Part shown: in pieces, positions 16,571 to 24,932 of the stretch
How positions within the stretch are numbered: position 1 is the first letter of the stretch
How the letters are laid out: every line of letters begins with the position of its first letter
Source: an uncultured Candidatus Saccharibacteria bacterium
GTDB taxonomy: Bacteria > Patescibacteriota > Minisyncoccia > UBA6257 > Colwellbacteraceae
NCBI GenBank assembly: GCA_964348915.1
Contig: CAYGEM010000001.1
Span: forward strand, 79,396-126,381
Length of the DNA: 46,986 nucleotides
Direction: 5' to 3'
The notes under the pieces: generated by a model
Told to the model about the DNA's origin: nothing
Database searches by the model: none
What the model saw: the letters and a program-made list of their open reading frames with translations, nothing else
Program-made: the position numbers and the translations under genes

Positions 16571-17194
16571 TTAGAAGTATTCGATAAAACGCTTTTTAAG
16601 CTCGGAGAATACTTCTTTTTTAAAGTTAAACCTAAAACCCGAACGATTACTTAAGTCTTCTAGAAGTTGATAAAATTCCTTATCATTTAAAACTGTTAGT
16701 CCAAGTTCACGGCAAACAGATGTAAGTTTTTCATTTACCATTTTAACCGAGTTTGAATCTGCCATAATTTCTGCCTCAAAGTAATAACCCCACCCAGGAA
16801 CGTCTACTAATGCAAATTCGATACCCTGATACTCATACGCATAAGTTTTCGTAGCTTGAAGAACACCATAATAAAATCCTAAAATAAAAAGAAGTTCTAT
16901 CGCTTCTTTAAACTGCGATGGATTCAATGGAAAAGAAAACTCTTTTCTGGCATCAGCCCCGCTTGATTTGCCGTATTTTAATACAATCTCTGCTTCTTTA
17001 TTAGTAATCCTTATCCTCAAGTCCAGTGGGCTTTTAGGTACTTTCAACTTCTCTTTCCCTCTAGGAAAATATATAATCGAAAATCTATCTTTTTCTTTAA
17101 CGAATTTTCCTTCTTTTTCAAAAAATTTCCTAAGGGTATCGAATTTTTCCCTAGTTAAGGTTCCACGGTGCTCTACTTCAATATTTTTTGTCAT
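16571..17194 (-). CDS. CYTH-domain protein (class IV adenylate cyclase / triphosphate tunnel metalloenzyme)
   Basis: N-terminal IEVEHR (ExExK-like), DLRIR, VLKYG, RKE, YFEAE. Confidence 0.8.
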   Translation of the reverse strand: MTKNIEVEHRGTLTREKFDTLRKFFEKEGKFVKEKDRFSIIYFPRGKEKLKVPKSPLDLRIRITNKEAEIVLKYGKSSGADARKEFSFPLNPSQFKEAIELLFILGFYYGVLQATKTYAYEYQGIEFALVDVPGWGYYFEAEIMADSNSVKMVNEKLTSVCRELGLTVLNDKEFYQLLEDLSNRSGFRFNFKKEVFSELKKRFIEYF

Positions 17195-17413
17195 ATTTTT
17201 AATTTACTTTCTTAATAATTTACAAAAATTTATAACTTTGGATATATTTCATTAATAATATCATCTGGTATTTCACGTATTGCTTTATTAAAGTATCCCA
17301 ATAAAATTGGGTATCGTTTTTTTACAAATATTTTTCACAAAAATTATCTACTGGATTAGGCCAGATATTAACTGAATTACTATTTAACTTTAATCTTAAT
17401 ACGCGGGTGGTAA

Positions 17414-17457
17414 TTATTAAATTAGACCAAATTAACGGAAAAATCCAGTAAAAAATG
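17414..17457. repeat. 44-bp direct repeat, right copy
   Basis: Identical to 13370-13413. Confidence 0.95.
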
Positions 17458-17458
17458 G

Positions 17459-17779
17459 TTAGCCCAAAATCCCGTTGCCATTCGAGCCGTTCTGGCCGTT
17501 ATTGGCCGGCGGTTTGTTTTTTTTGGCCAAACGGCCGTCAACCAAATTGGTCACTTTCATAAGAAACACCTTGGCTCTTCGCAAAAGCTTTTCCCGAAAA
17601 ATATCAAGATTGTCGTCAATCTTGTCGAGCGGAATTTTTTTCGCCAACCGGTCAAGCAAATTCTCTTTGCGAGGACCCGCTTCTTCCTCTTCAATTTTCG
17701 GAATCGCCGATGCGAAAATAAAAATCATCGCCGCCAAACTCGCCATAAATAAAAGTTCAACGAAAAAGCTATAAGGCAT
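17459..17779 (-). CDS. small bitopic membrane hypothetical protein
   Basis: ATG at 17779 overlapping the tsf 3' end; N-terminal TM (MPYSFFVELLFMASLAAMIFIFA). Confidence 0.7.
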   Translation of the reverse strand: MPYSFFVELLFMASLAAMIFIFASAIPKIEEEEAGPRKENLLDRLAKKIPLDKIDDNLDIFREKLLRRAKVFLMKVTNLVDGRLAKKNKPPANNGQNGSNGNGILG

Positions 17780-18212
17780 ATCTGCAGAATTTCTCCACCC
17801 GAATGTTTTCTCCGGTCCTGGCAATCACTCCTTTAATGAGGTCGGCAACGGTAATTTTCTCGTCGCGAATATAGGGTTGTTTCAGCAAGGATTCCACGTC
17901 TTCCGGCTCCATAGCCGCAATTTGCATACCGATGTCGCGGGCGAGCGTTCGGAAATCCTCCAGACGCGCCACGAAATCGGTTTCGCAATGAATTTCCAAA
18001 AGTACGCCGATACGGTCGTTATGAAGATAAGAAACCACCAATCCGGCCGAGGTCTGCCGGTCCGCTTTCTTCTCCGCTTTTATCAATCCGCGTTCCCGGA
18101 TTATCTCCAGGGCCCGGTCAAAATCTCCTTTCGCCTCTTCCAGGGCCTTTTTAATATCCATCACTCCCGCTCCGGTAATTTCCCTGATTTTTTTAATTTC
18201 CTCGGTTTTCAT
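17769..18212 (-). CDS. tsf: elongation factor Ts (short form, 147 aa)
   Basis: IREITGAGVMDIKKAL, CETDFVAR, GENIRV; downstream of rpsB. Confidence 0.95.
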   Translation of the reverse strand: MKTEEIKKIREITGAGVMDIKKALEEAKGDFDRALEIIRERGLIKAEKKADRQTSAGLVVSYLHNDRIGVLLEIHCETDFVARLEDFRTLARDIGMQIAAMEPEDVESLLKQPYIRDEKITVADLIKGVIARTGENIRVEKFCRYAL

Positions 18213-19003
18213 TCCGCCGGTTGTTCCTGTTTTTCCGCCGGACGCTCTTCTTCCGGCTGGTTGGCTTTTTCTATTTCGGCAAGCAAATAATTCAAAACCC
18301 AGGCGATGCTTTTCGGATTGCGGTCATTCGCCGGAATGGGATAATTTATCATTTCCGGATTGGCGTTGGTATTTAATACCGCCACAACCGGTATGTTGAT
18401 TTTCTTCGCTTCTCTTACGGTTGTCTTATGTTTTTCCGAATCGATTACTACCAGCGCCGCCGGCAATCCCTTCATCTTTCTCACGCCACCGAGGAAAATT
18501 TCCATCTTTTCCATTTCCCTATCGATCATCAATCTCTCTTTCTTGGTATATTTATCCAGCCCGCCTTTTTCTTTTTCCTCACGCAAGCGGTTGAATTTTT
18601 CTATGCGCGCCGAAAAAACTTTGAAATTCGTCAGCGTCCCGCCAAACCATCTTTCGGTCACGTACGGCTGGCCTAATTTTTCGGCGATTTCTTTGACGGC
18701 CGTTTTGCTCGCCGGAGCAGTGCCGACAAACAAAATGGTTTTCCCTCCGGTGACGATTTCCCGCAGAAAAGCGGCGGCAACCTTGAGAAGGCGGATAGTT
18801 TGTTCCAGATTGATTATTTCCACTCCGCTCCGGGTCGAGTGGATAAACGGCTTCATTTTGGGATGGGTTCTCGATTTGGAAAATCCGAAAAGCAGGCCAA
18901 GCTCGGCCATTTCCTGAAGGGTCAGCAAATCCTCCGGAGAAAGTCCGACAGCCGGTTCTTCATTCCTCGCTTCTTCGATTTCAACCTGGTCCGTATCAAT
19001 CAT
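18209..19003 (-). CDS. rpsB: 30S ribosomal protein S2
   Basis: HPKMKPFI, ILFVGT, RWFGGTLTNF, IPAND. Confidence 0.96.
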   Translation of the reverse strand: MIDTDQVEIEEARNEEPAVGLSPEDLLTLQEMAELGLLFGFSKSRTHPKMKPFIHSTRSGVEIINLEQTIRLLKVAAAFLREIVTGGKTILFVGTAPASKTAVKEIAEKLGQPYVTERWFGGTLTNFKVFSARIEKFNRLREEKEKGGLDKYTKKERLMIDREMEKMEIFLGGVRKMKGLPAALVVIDSEKHKTTVREAKKINIPVVAVLNTNANPEMINYPIPANDRNPKSIAWVLNYLLAEIEKANQPEEERPAEKQEQPAE

Positions 19004-19058
19004 GATTAAAGTTTAGCGAACGCCAATTGAAAAATTATACTTCTCCGGATAACGACTG

Positions 19059-19727
19059 TCAACGCTTTTTCCCTCCTTGTTTCTCGCGCCATTCCTCTAT
19101 TTTTTTGTGGTCGCCGGCGACGAGAACTTTCGGAACGCGCCGAATTTTACCATCCAGCCCGACTTGTTCCGGACGGGTATAAACCGGGTAAGAACCCTTT
19201 ATCTCCTCCAGAGATTCCTGTTTGCCAAGCACACCCGGGATAAACCGGCTTACTGATTCGACAAGCGCCATAGCCGGCAACTCTCCGCCGCTCAACACGT
19301 AATCTCCTATGGAAATTTCTTCATCCGCCACATATTTGGCCACCCGCTCGTCAACACCTTCGTAACGCCCGCATATCAAAATAATTTTTTTGTACCGGGA
19401 AAGTTGTTTGGTTTTTTTCCCGTCAAGCTTTTCCCCACGGGTACTGAACAGGATAACGCGCGTTTTATTCCGCGGTATCTTCGCGCGCCGGGCTTTTTTC
19501 AGCAATTCGCCTACGGCGCGGTAAATCGGTTCGGCCATAAGCACCATGCCCGGACCGCCGCCGTAAGGCCGGTCATCCACTTTGCGATGTTTCAGCCGGG
19601 AAAAATCACGAAGATTAATCACGTTTATTTTAATCAATTTATTCCGCAAAGCCCTCTTCAGGATGGATTCGTTCAAATAGGAATCGAATATGCGGGGAAA
19701 AATGGTGATAATATCGAATGCAAGCAT
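19059..19727 (-). CDS. trmD: tRNA (guanine37-N1)-methyltransferase
   Basis: VDDRPYGGGPGM, CGRYEGVDERV, SIGDYVLSGGE, YTRP. Confidence 0.97.
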   Translation of the reverse strand: MLAFDIITIFPRIFDSYLNESILKRALRNKLIKINVINLRDFSRLKHRKVDDRPYGGGPGMVLMAEPIYRAVGELLKKARRAKIPRNKTRVILFSTRGEKLDGKKTKQLSRYKKIILICGRYEGVDERVAKYVADEEISIGDYVLSGGELPAMALVESVSRFIPGVLGKQESLEEIKGSYPVYTRPEQVGLDGKIRRVPKVLVAGDHKKIEEWREKQGGKKR

Positions 19728-19747
19728 GTTTATCTCATTCTAACCAC

Positions 19748-19830
19748 AAAAAACCCCGCTGTCACCGTTCGGGTCAAAAGAGAGTCGGTTATAAGACATC
19801 TCTCCTCATCTGAACGGTCAAGCGGGGTTT
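19748..19830 (-). terminator. long rod-shaped hairpin/terminator between khpA and trmD
   Basis: AAACCCCGCT (19751-60)/AGCGGGGTTT (19821-30) plus inner ACCGTTC/GAACGGT pairing; T-run follows on the minus strand. Confidence 0.65.
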
Positions 19831-19848
19831 ATAGCTGAAAGAACTACT

Positions 19849-20157
19849 TTAAACGTTTCCTTCCGGGGCCGCCGTTTCGAGATTCGTCTCGGCCGCCCTA
19901 ATCCCCCCTTCCGGTTCTTCAATCTTCAAATTAACCCGGGCGTCGTTCTTCATTCCCACTATCTTCAAGAGCGCGCGAATCGATTTGGCCGTGTTGCCTT
20001 TTCGGCCGATAATCTGACCCATGTCTTGCGAGTTAACTTTCAGGGAGAGCAGTACCCCTCGTTCATCTATTTTTCTTGTCACGATTACGCTTTCGGGATA
20101 GTCAACCATTGCCCGAATCAAGGCCTCAAGAAACTGCTGGTCAGCCGGTTTTTCCAT
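19849..20157 (-). CDS. khpA: KH-domain RNA-binding protein KhpA
   Basis: DMGQIIGRKGNTAKSIR (GxxG); rpsP-khpA-trmD context. Confidence 0.88.
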   Translation of the reverse strand: MEKPADQQFLEALIRAMVDYPESVIVTRKIDERGVLLSLKVNSQDMGQIIGRKGNTAKSIRALLKIVGMKNDARVNLKIEEPEGGIRAAETNLETAAPEGNV

Positions 20158-20186
20158 ATCTTTTCTCGATTAAAATGCTCCGACCT

Positions 20187-20426
20187 TTAGGGAGATGTTT
20201 GAGTCGCTTTACGCAGATAAGCGGCGACGGTAGGAGTCGCTTTCGCGCCGTTTTTTATCCAATAATCGGCCCTCTCTTTTTTGATTTCGAATTTATTAGT
20301 ATGCGGATTGACCCAGCCCAGGTCCTCAACAAATTTTCCGCCGACTTTGGAACGGGCTTCGGCGACAACCACCCGGAAAGCCGCCTGTTTTTTCTTCCCC
20401 GTCCTTTTTAATTTTATAGACAGCAT
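20187..20426 (-). CDS. rpsP: 30S ribosomal protein S16
   Basis: MLSIKLKRTGKK, FRVVV, WIKNGAKATPTV. Confidence 0.96.
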   Translation of the reverse strand: MLSIKLKRTGKKKQAAFRVVVAEARSKVGGKFVEDLGWVNPHTNKFEIKKERADYWIKNGAKATPTVAAYLRKATQTSP

Positions 20427-20478
20427 GTTTTAAAGAATAATTATAAAGATTATCTCTGTCAATTGCAATTTATTCCGG

Positions 20479-22539
20479 CTAAACGAGTTTCAGCGAAACC
20501 AATCGCGAAGCGCCGTCTTCGGCCATGGTCACGCCGTAAAGGACGTCTGCCGCCTCCATCGTCGCGCGGTTATGAGTGATGATGATTGCTTGAGTTTGTT
20601 TGGCGAAATTCTTCAGCAGTTCCCCGAACCGGCGCGCGTTTCTTTCATCCAAGGCGGCATCAAGTTCATCCAGTACCAAAAAAGGCGGAGGACTCACGGA
20701 AATCAAGGCGAAAAGAATCGCCGCCGCGAGCAAACTTCTCTCTCCGCCGGAGAGGACTTCCAGTCCTTTGATGCGCTTTTTAGGCAGAGAAACATCAATC
20801 TCGATTCCACCTGCTTCCTCTTCGACTTCCGGCGAAAATTCAATGTCGGTTTCCGCGGATTCGCTTGAAACAACGGCTTTCTTATCCTCAATCCTCAAAG
20901 AAGCTTTCCCGCCGTCAAACATCAACTTGGAAAAAGAATTCAGCTCCCGGTTGATGCCGGCGAGAGCGACGGAAAAATCCCGGCGTATTTTCTGCTCGAG
21001 TTCCTTGATGAGGCCGCGTAAATCAACCGAGGCCTTTTCCAGATCGCCGATCTCCCGCGTCAAAAAATCATGGCGCGTTTCCGTCTCTTCGGCTTCTTTA
21101 AGCATGGTCTCGTCAATTTCGCCGATATTGGCCAGTTCCGAACGCAAACGGTAAATCTTTTTCTCCGCTTCTGTTTCGTCAAAAAATCCGGAAATTTCCA
21201 CTCCGTTAAATTCCTCCATCCGGCGGCCAATGGCCTGAATCTGACTATCCAGCTCCTCTCTTCGAATCTTAATCCTTTCTTTTTCGAAAATAATTTTAGC
21301 CCGCTTGTTTTCAAGTCCGTCGATTTTCTCTTTTGCCTCGCCGACCGCTTCCACGGCGCGGCGGAAAGAACGGTTGAATTCCTCAAGTCCGGTCATACAG
21401 TTTTTTTCGCGCCGGTCGAGCTCGTCAAGCAACCGGTTCACCTCCGCATCTTCAACAACGCGAACCGGAGCAGATTCTTTTTTATCCGAAAATCCGCTCG
21501 CGATTTCGAGAATGCGTTTAAGCGCCGACCGAATCTCTTCGGACGAAAGAATCAACGCTTCTTCGGCCAGTTTTTTTATCTCCGCGATAATATCGCCGGC
21601 CGGCCGTTTCCCCTGTCGCGGCCCATCCGGCCTTAGCGCTTCCTTTCTCATCCGGGAAATAAACTCGCGGCGCTCTTCGCTTATTTTCCCGAGTTCGACG
21701 CGCGACTTCGGAGCGGCATTCTCTGTTTCAACCAATTTTCTTTCAACGTCGGCAAGATTTTTTCTTTCCGCGTTGATGGCCTGGTTAAACGCCCCGACTT
21801 CCGGTTCGAGTTTTTTCTCTTCGGAATTTAAAACGTTTATTTTCGCGCCGAAATATTTTTTCTCCCATTCATCAAGTTCCGTTGAAACGACTTCCCTTTC
21901 CTTATAACGTCCTATTTGACGGCGCAATATCCGCAGATGAGGTTTTATTTCTTCCAATAATGCCCGGGCTTTATCCAAATTAACGGATGTGTTCTTCAGC
22001 TCGCGCAGAGCTGAATTTTTCTTGAGGATAAACTCTTTCAGTCCAAGCATCTCCTCTATCATTTCCCGTCGTTCAATAGGCGTGGCTTTAAGAATTATGT
22101 CGCTTTCGCCCTGACCGATGATGTTCAGTCCGCGGGCGCCAAGTTTGGATTTGGCGAAAAAATCCACCACGTCTTTGAGGCGGACTTCATCGTTATTCAA
22201 AAAAAACTTGGACTCTCCATCCCGCGAAACACGGCGAGAAACCGCCACCTCTTTAAATTCGGTCGGAAAAAATCCGGACGAGTTGTCAAAATAAATGGTC
22301 GCTTGAGCCAGACCCATCCGCGGTTTCTTTTCCGTGCCGGCGAAAATCAAATCGTCAACTTTGCCGCCTCTTAGGTTTTTGGCCTCCCGCTCGCCCAAAA
22401 GCCAGCGGATGGCGTCGGTAATGTTGGATTTGCCCGAACCGTTCGGTCCGACAATGGCGACGATGCCCGCCGGAAAATCGATAATTGTTTTGGAAGCGAA
22501 GGACTTGAATCCCTGAAGTTCCAGCCGTTTCAGAAACAT
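20479..22539 (-). CDS. smc: SMC-family ATPase, short (686 aa), no recognisable hinge
   Basis: GFKSF, GPNGSGKSN, IIGQG Q-loop, LSGGE, LDELDAALD, ITHN. Confidence 0.85.
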   Translation of the reverse strand: MFLKRLELQGFKSFASKTIIDFPAGIVAIVGPNGSGKSNITDAIRWLLGEREAKNLRGGKVDDLIFAGTEKKPRMGLAQATIYFDNSSGFFPTEFKEVAVSRRVSRDGESKFFLNNDEVRLKDVVDFFAKSKLGARGLNIIGQGESDIILKATPIERREMIEEMLGLKEFILKKNSALRELKNTSVNLDKARALLEEIKPHLRILRRQIGRYKEREVVSTELDEWEKKYFGAKINVLNSEEKKLEPEVGAFNQAINAERKNLADVERKLVETENAAPKSRVELGKISEERREFISRMRKEALRPDGPRQGKRPAGDIIAEIKKLAEEALILSSEEIRSALKRILEIASGFSDKKESAPVRVVEDAEVNRLLDELDRREKNCMTGLEEFNRSFRRAVEAVGEAKEKIDGLENKRAKIIFEKERIKIRREELDSQIQAIGRRMEEFNGVEISGFFDETEAEKKIYRLRSELANIGEIDETMLKEAEETETRHDFLTREIGDLEKASVDLRGLIKELEQKIRRDFSVALAGINRELNSFSKLMFDGGKASLRIEDKKAVVSSESAETDIEFSPEVEEEAGGIEIDVSLPKKRIKGLEVLSGGERSLLAAAILFALISVSPPPFLVLDELDAALDERNARRFGELLKNFAKQTQAIIITHNRATMEAADVLYGVTMAEDGASRLVSLKLV

Positions 22540-22596
22540 ACAGATTTAATGATATTTCAGAATACCCAGAAAGGGCAAACCAAAAGTTTATTTTTA

Positions 22597-23625
22597 TTAT
22601 CCGTGGCGGATTTCAGTCACGTCACCGTCTTCAAAGACATAATCCTTGCCCTCGATTCGCAATAAACCTTTTTGTCTAGCCGAGAGCCACGAACCGACCT
22701 CGAGAAGCTTGTCCCAGCTGATGACTTCGGCGCGGATAAATTTATTTTCAAAATCAGTATGGATAACGCCGGCGGCCCGCGGCGCCTTGGTTCCCCGTTC
22801 GATTGTCCAGGCCCTGGTCTCTCCGCCGGGTGGCGGATCTCCGGTGGTAAAAAAACTAATCAGTCCCAAAATTTTGTAGGCCATCTTGATTAATTCATCG
22901 ACGTTCAAAGCCGTGGCCAAATCCTCAATCAAATACTCGGCATTCAGCGACTTGATTTTCTCCCGAAGCGCCTCCGAAACATCGCTCTCTTCGCCATTTA
23001 GGAGATATATCTGCGGCTTCGCGGTCAGAAGCCCCAATTCCCCAACTAACGGAGCGCCAACAATCTCTTTACCTAAGTTTACCGTTAATACCCCCTGTCC
23101 CAATCCTTCCTTGATTTTTTTTATTGTTTCCAAATCTTTGATTTTCTGCTTATCTCCGGTCCGCGCCTCTTTTTCCAATTTGACCAAACGATTATCAATG
23201 GTTTCCAGATCTTTCAGCATCAGCTCGGAATTGATGATTTCAATATCGCGTAAAGGATCAACTCCCTGTTCGACGTGAACAATTTCAGGATTTTCAAAAC
23301 AGCGCACCACTTCGACGATGGCATTCACTTCCCGGATATACGCCAAGAATTGATTGCCCAATCCTTCGCCTTTGTTCGCGTCTTTTACCAATCCGGCAAT
23401 ATCATAAAATTCCACCACGGCCGGAATTATTTTTTTTGAATGGCTGAATTCGGCAAGCCGGTAAAGCCGTTCGTCCGGAACCGGAACCACGCCAATATTA
23501 GGGTCAATGGTGGCAAAAGGATAATTGGCGATATTGACCTCTTGTTTGGTGATTATCTTAAAAAGGGTGGATTTGCCGACATTGGGCAAGCCGACAATGC
23601 CGATGGATAGTTTGTGACTCGACAT
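22597..23625 (-). CDS. ychF: ribosome-binding ATPase YchF
   Basis: GIVGLPNVGKST, NYPFATIDPN, DIAGLV, GLGNQFL, AAGVIHTDF, FIRAEV. Confidence 0.97.
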   Translation of the reverse strand: MSSHKLSIGIVGLPNVGKSTLFKIITKQEVNIANYPFATIDPNIGVVPVPDERLYRLAEFSHSKKIIPAVVEFYDIAGLVKDANKGEGLGNQFLAYIREVNAIVEVVRCFENPEIVHVEQGVDPLRDIEIINSELMLKDLETIDNRLVKLEKEARTGDKQKIKDLETIKKIKEGLGQGVLTVNLGKEIVGAPLVGELGLLTAKPQIYLLNGEESDVSEALREKIKSLNAEYLIEDLATALNVDELIKMAYKILGLISFFTTGDPPPGGETRAWTIERGTKAPRAAGVIHTDFENKFIRAEVISWDKLLEVGSWLSARQKGLLRIEGKDYVFEDGDVTEIRHG

Positions 23626-23790
23626 AATTTATGTTTGATGCGGGTATATAACCGTATATCTGTGACTCTTGTTTCGACCCGATTATTTTTTCTACAACGT
23701 TCACAACTATCGCCCGTCTTGCCTCAAAATTCAAGTTCTGGAGCGTTTCTGCCACTCTTTCGGTAAAATACCTCTACCTCCCTATTGCTC
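23558..23790 (-). pseudogene. possible C-terminal relic of a site-specific (serine) recombinase reading into the ychF 5' end
   Basis: ORF VAETLQNLNFEARRAIVVNVVEKIIGSKQESQIYGYIP...; upstream frame broken; family resemblance recalled from memory only. Confidence 0.3.
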
Positions 23791-23899
23791 ACTATACTTT
23801 AATAATTTCCAGTTTTTCTTTGGCGGCAATAAATTCAAGAATTCACGGAGCGAATATCTAAAGAATATAAAGATTTTCAAAATTATGACAATGATTTCA

Positions 23900-23941
23900 A
23901 AAAAGTCGGGGCCCCAGCAGAATTGAATCCCGCAGGGGCCC
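23900..23941 (-). terminator. terminator of ORF 23960-24571
   Basis: GGGCCCC...GGGGCCC stem followed by GACTTTTTT on the minus strand. Confidence 0.65.
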
Positions 23942-23959
23942 TAGTGTGAGTCGTAGTTC

Positions 23960-24571
23960 TTAGTGAACAGTTTCTTTGTCTTTGTGAACAGGTCCCTTGT
24001 GAACAGGGACCTCTCCGATTTGCAGCATATATCTATTCTCGGCCCCCCAATTGCCGACTACAGCTTCGGCCAGGCGTAGTAGGGCGACAGTCAGGTATCC
24101 CGAATTAGCCCACTCATCCGGATCTGACTCGGCCACCCTCTCCTGTTCCTGCCTTACCTTGACCACGTACTCTTCCAGAGGCAATCCTTCTGCTTCCTTG
24201 ACGATAGAGAGCAGAACCTTGCTAATCTGGAAAAGATCCTCTTCCCCCATTTCCGCTCCCTCCCCCTTCCCACTCCTTTCTATTTCTCTACTCGGTTCCG
24301 TTAGTGGTTCTTGGTGGACAGACTGCCCCACCTCCGGTTCTAGCTTCCGGTGTTGGTTCCCGATCCCCGAAAAACCGAGTAGGGCCTCAGTTAGTCGTAA
24401 CGTGGCCGTAATTATAGGTCCTCTTATAGCCCAATCGTCTGGATCCCTCTTCTTCTCCCTCTTCTGTATCATCCTCAGATCGGCCGCGTACTCTTTCAGA
24501 GGTAGATCCATCGTCCTCCACTTGAGCTCAAAGAAGATTTCGGTAAGTAGGCAGAACTCTTTGCCATTCAC
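23960..24571 (-). CDS. hypothetical protein with two internal repeats (203 aa ORFan)
   Basis: LPLKEY..DPDDWAIRG..LRLTEALLG and LPLEEY..DPDEWANSG..LRLAEAVVG; purine-rich SD; own terminator. Confidence 0.75.
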   Translation of the reverse strand: MNGKEFCLLTEIFFELKWRTMDLPLKEYAADLRMIQKREKKRDPDDWAIRGPIITATLRLTEALLGFSGIGNQHRKLEPEVGQSVHQEPLTEPSREIERSGKGEGAEMGEEDLFQISKVLLSIVKEAEGLPLEEYVVKVRQEQERVAESDPDEWANSGYLTVALLRLAEAVVGNWGAENRYMLQIGEVPVHKGPVHKDKETVH

Positions 24572-24626
24572 TTTCGTCCTCTTCCTCTCACCCCGACGCC
24601 CTGTTGCGTCCGCGGGCCCTTCTCAC

Positions 24627-24682
24627 TCTGTCTCTCTGCTTGGTCCCATTCGTAAATAAATAGAAACAAGCAGAGAGACAGA
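24627..24682. repeat. 16-bp perfect inverted repeat in the leader of ORF 23960-24571
   Basis: TCTGTCTCTCTGCTTG (24627-42)/CAAGCAGAGAGACAGA (24667-82). Confidence 0.85.
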
Positions 24683-24932
24683 AATGAGCCCAGGAAAAGG
24701 AGTTGTAAGCGCGCCTTTATATAAAAACCTGACGCTATACTTATATGAATATGTTAACGAGCTATCCTTTGGGTATCTATTGACAAGCTATAACACTTAT
24801 TTTGTTTTAGCAAGTTTTTTCTCCTCTGTTTTGAGGGGAGGATATTTGGTCTGGTTTGGATGTTTATGTGACGAGGAGGAAACAAAAACCGGCTCTAACG
24901 AGCCGGGAGAGTACGTTTTATATCTACCTCTC

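Larger units (their letters stand above)
13370..17457. mobile_element. AT-rich genomic islet (4.0 kb, 4 genes) bounded by 44-bp direct repeats next to the tRNA-Tyr/Thr cluster; no integrase
   Basis: Perfect direct repeat; markedly lower GC than flanks (sampled lines 13501 and 14701 are 13/60 and 16/60 GC). Confidence 0.85.
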
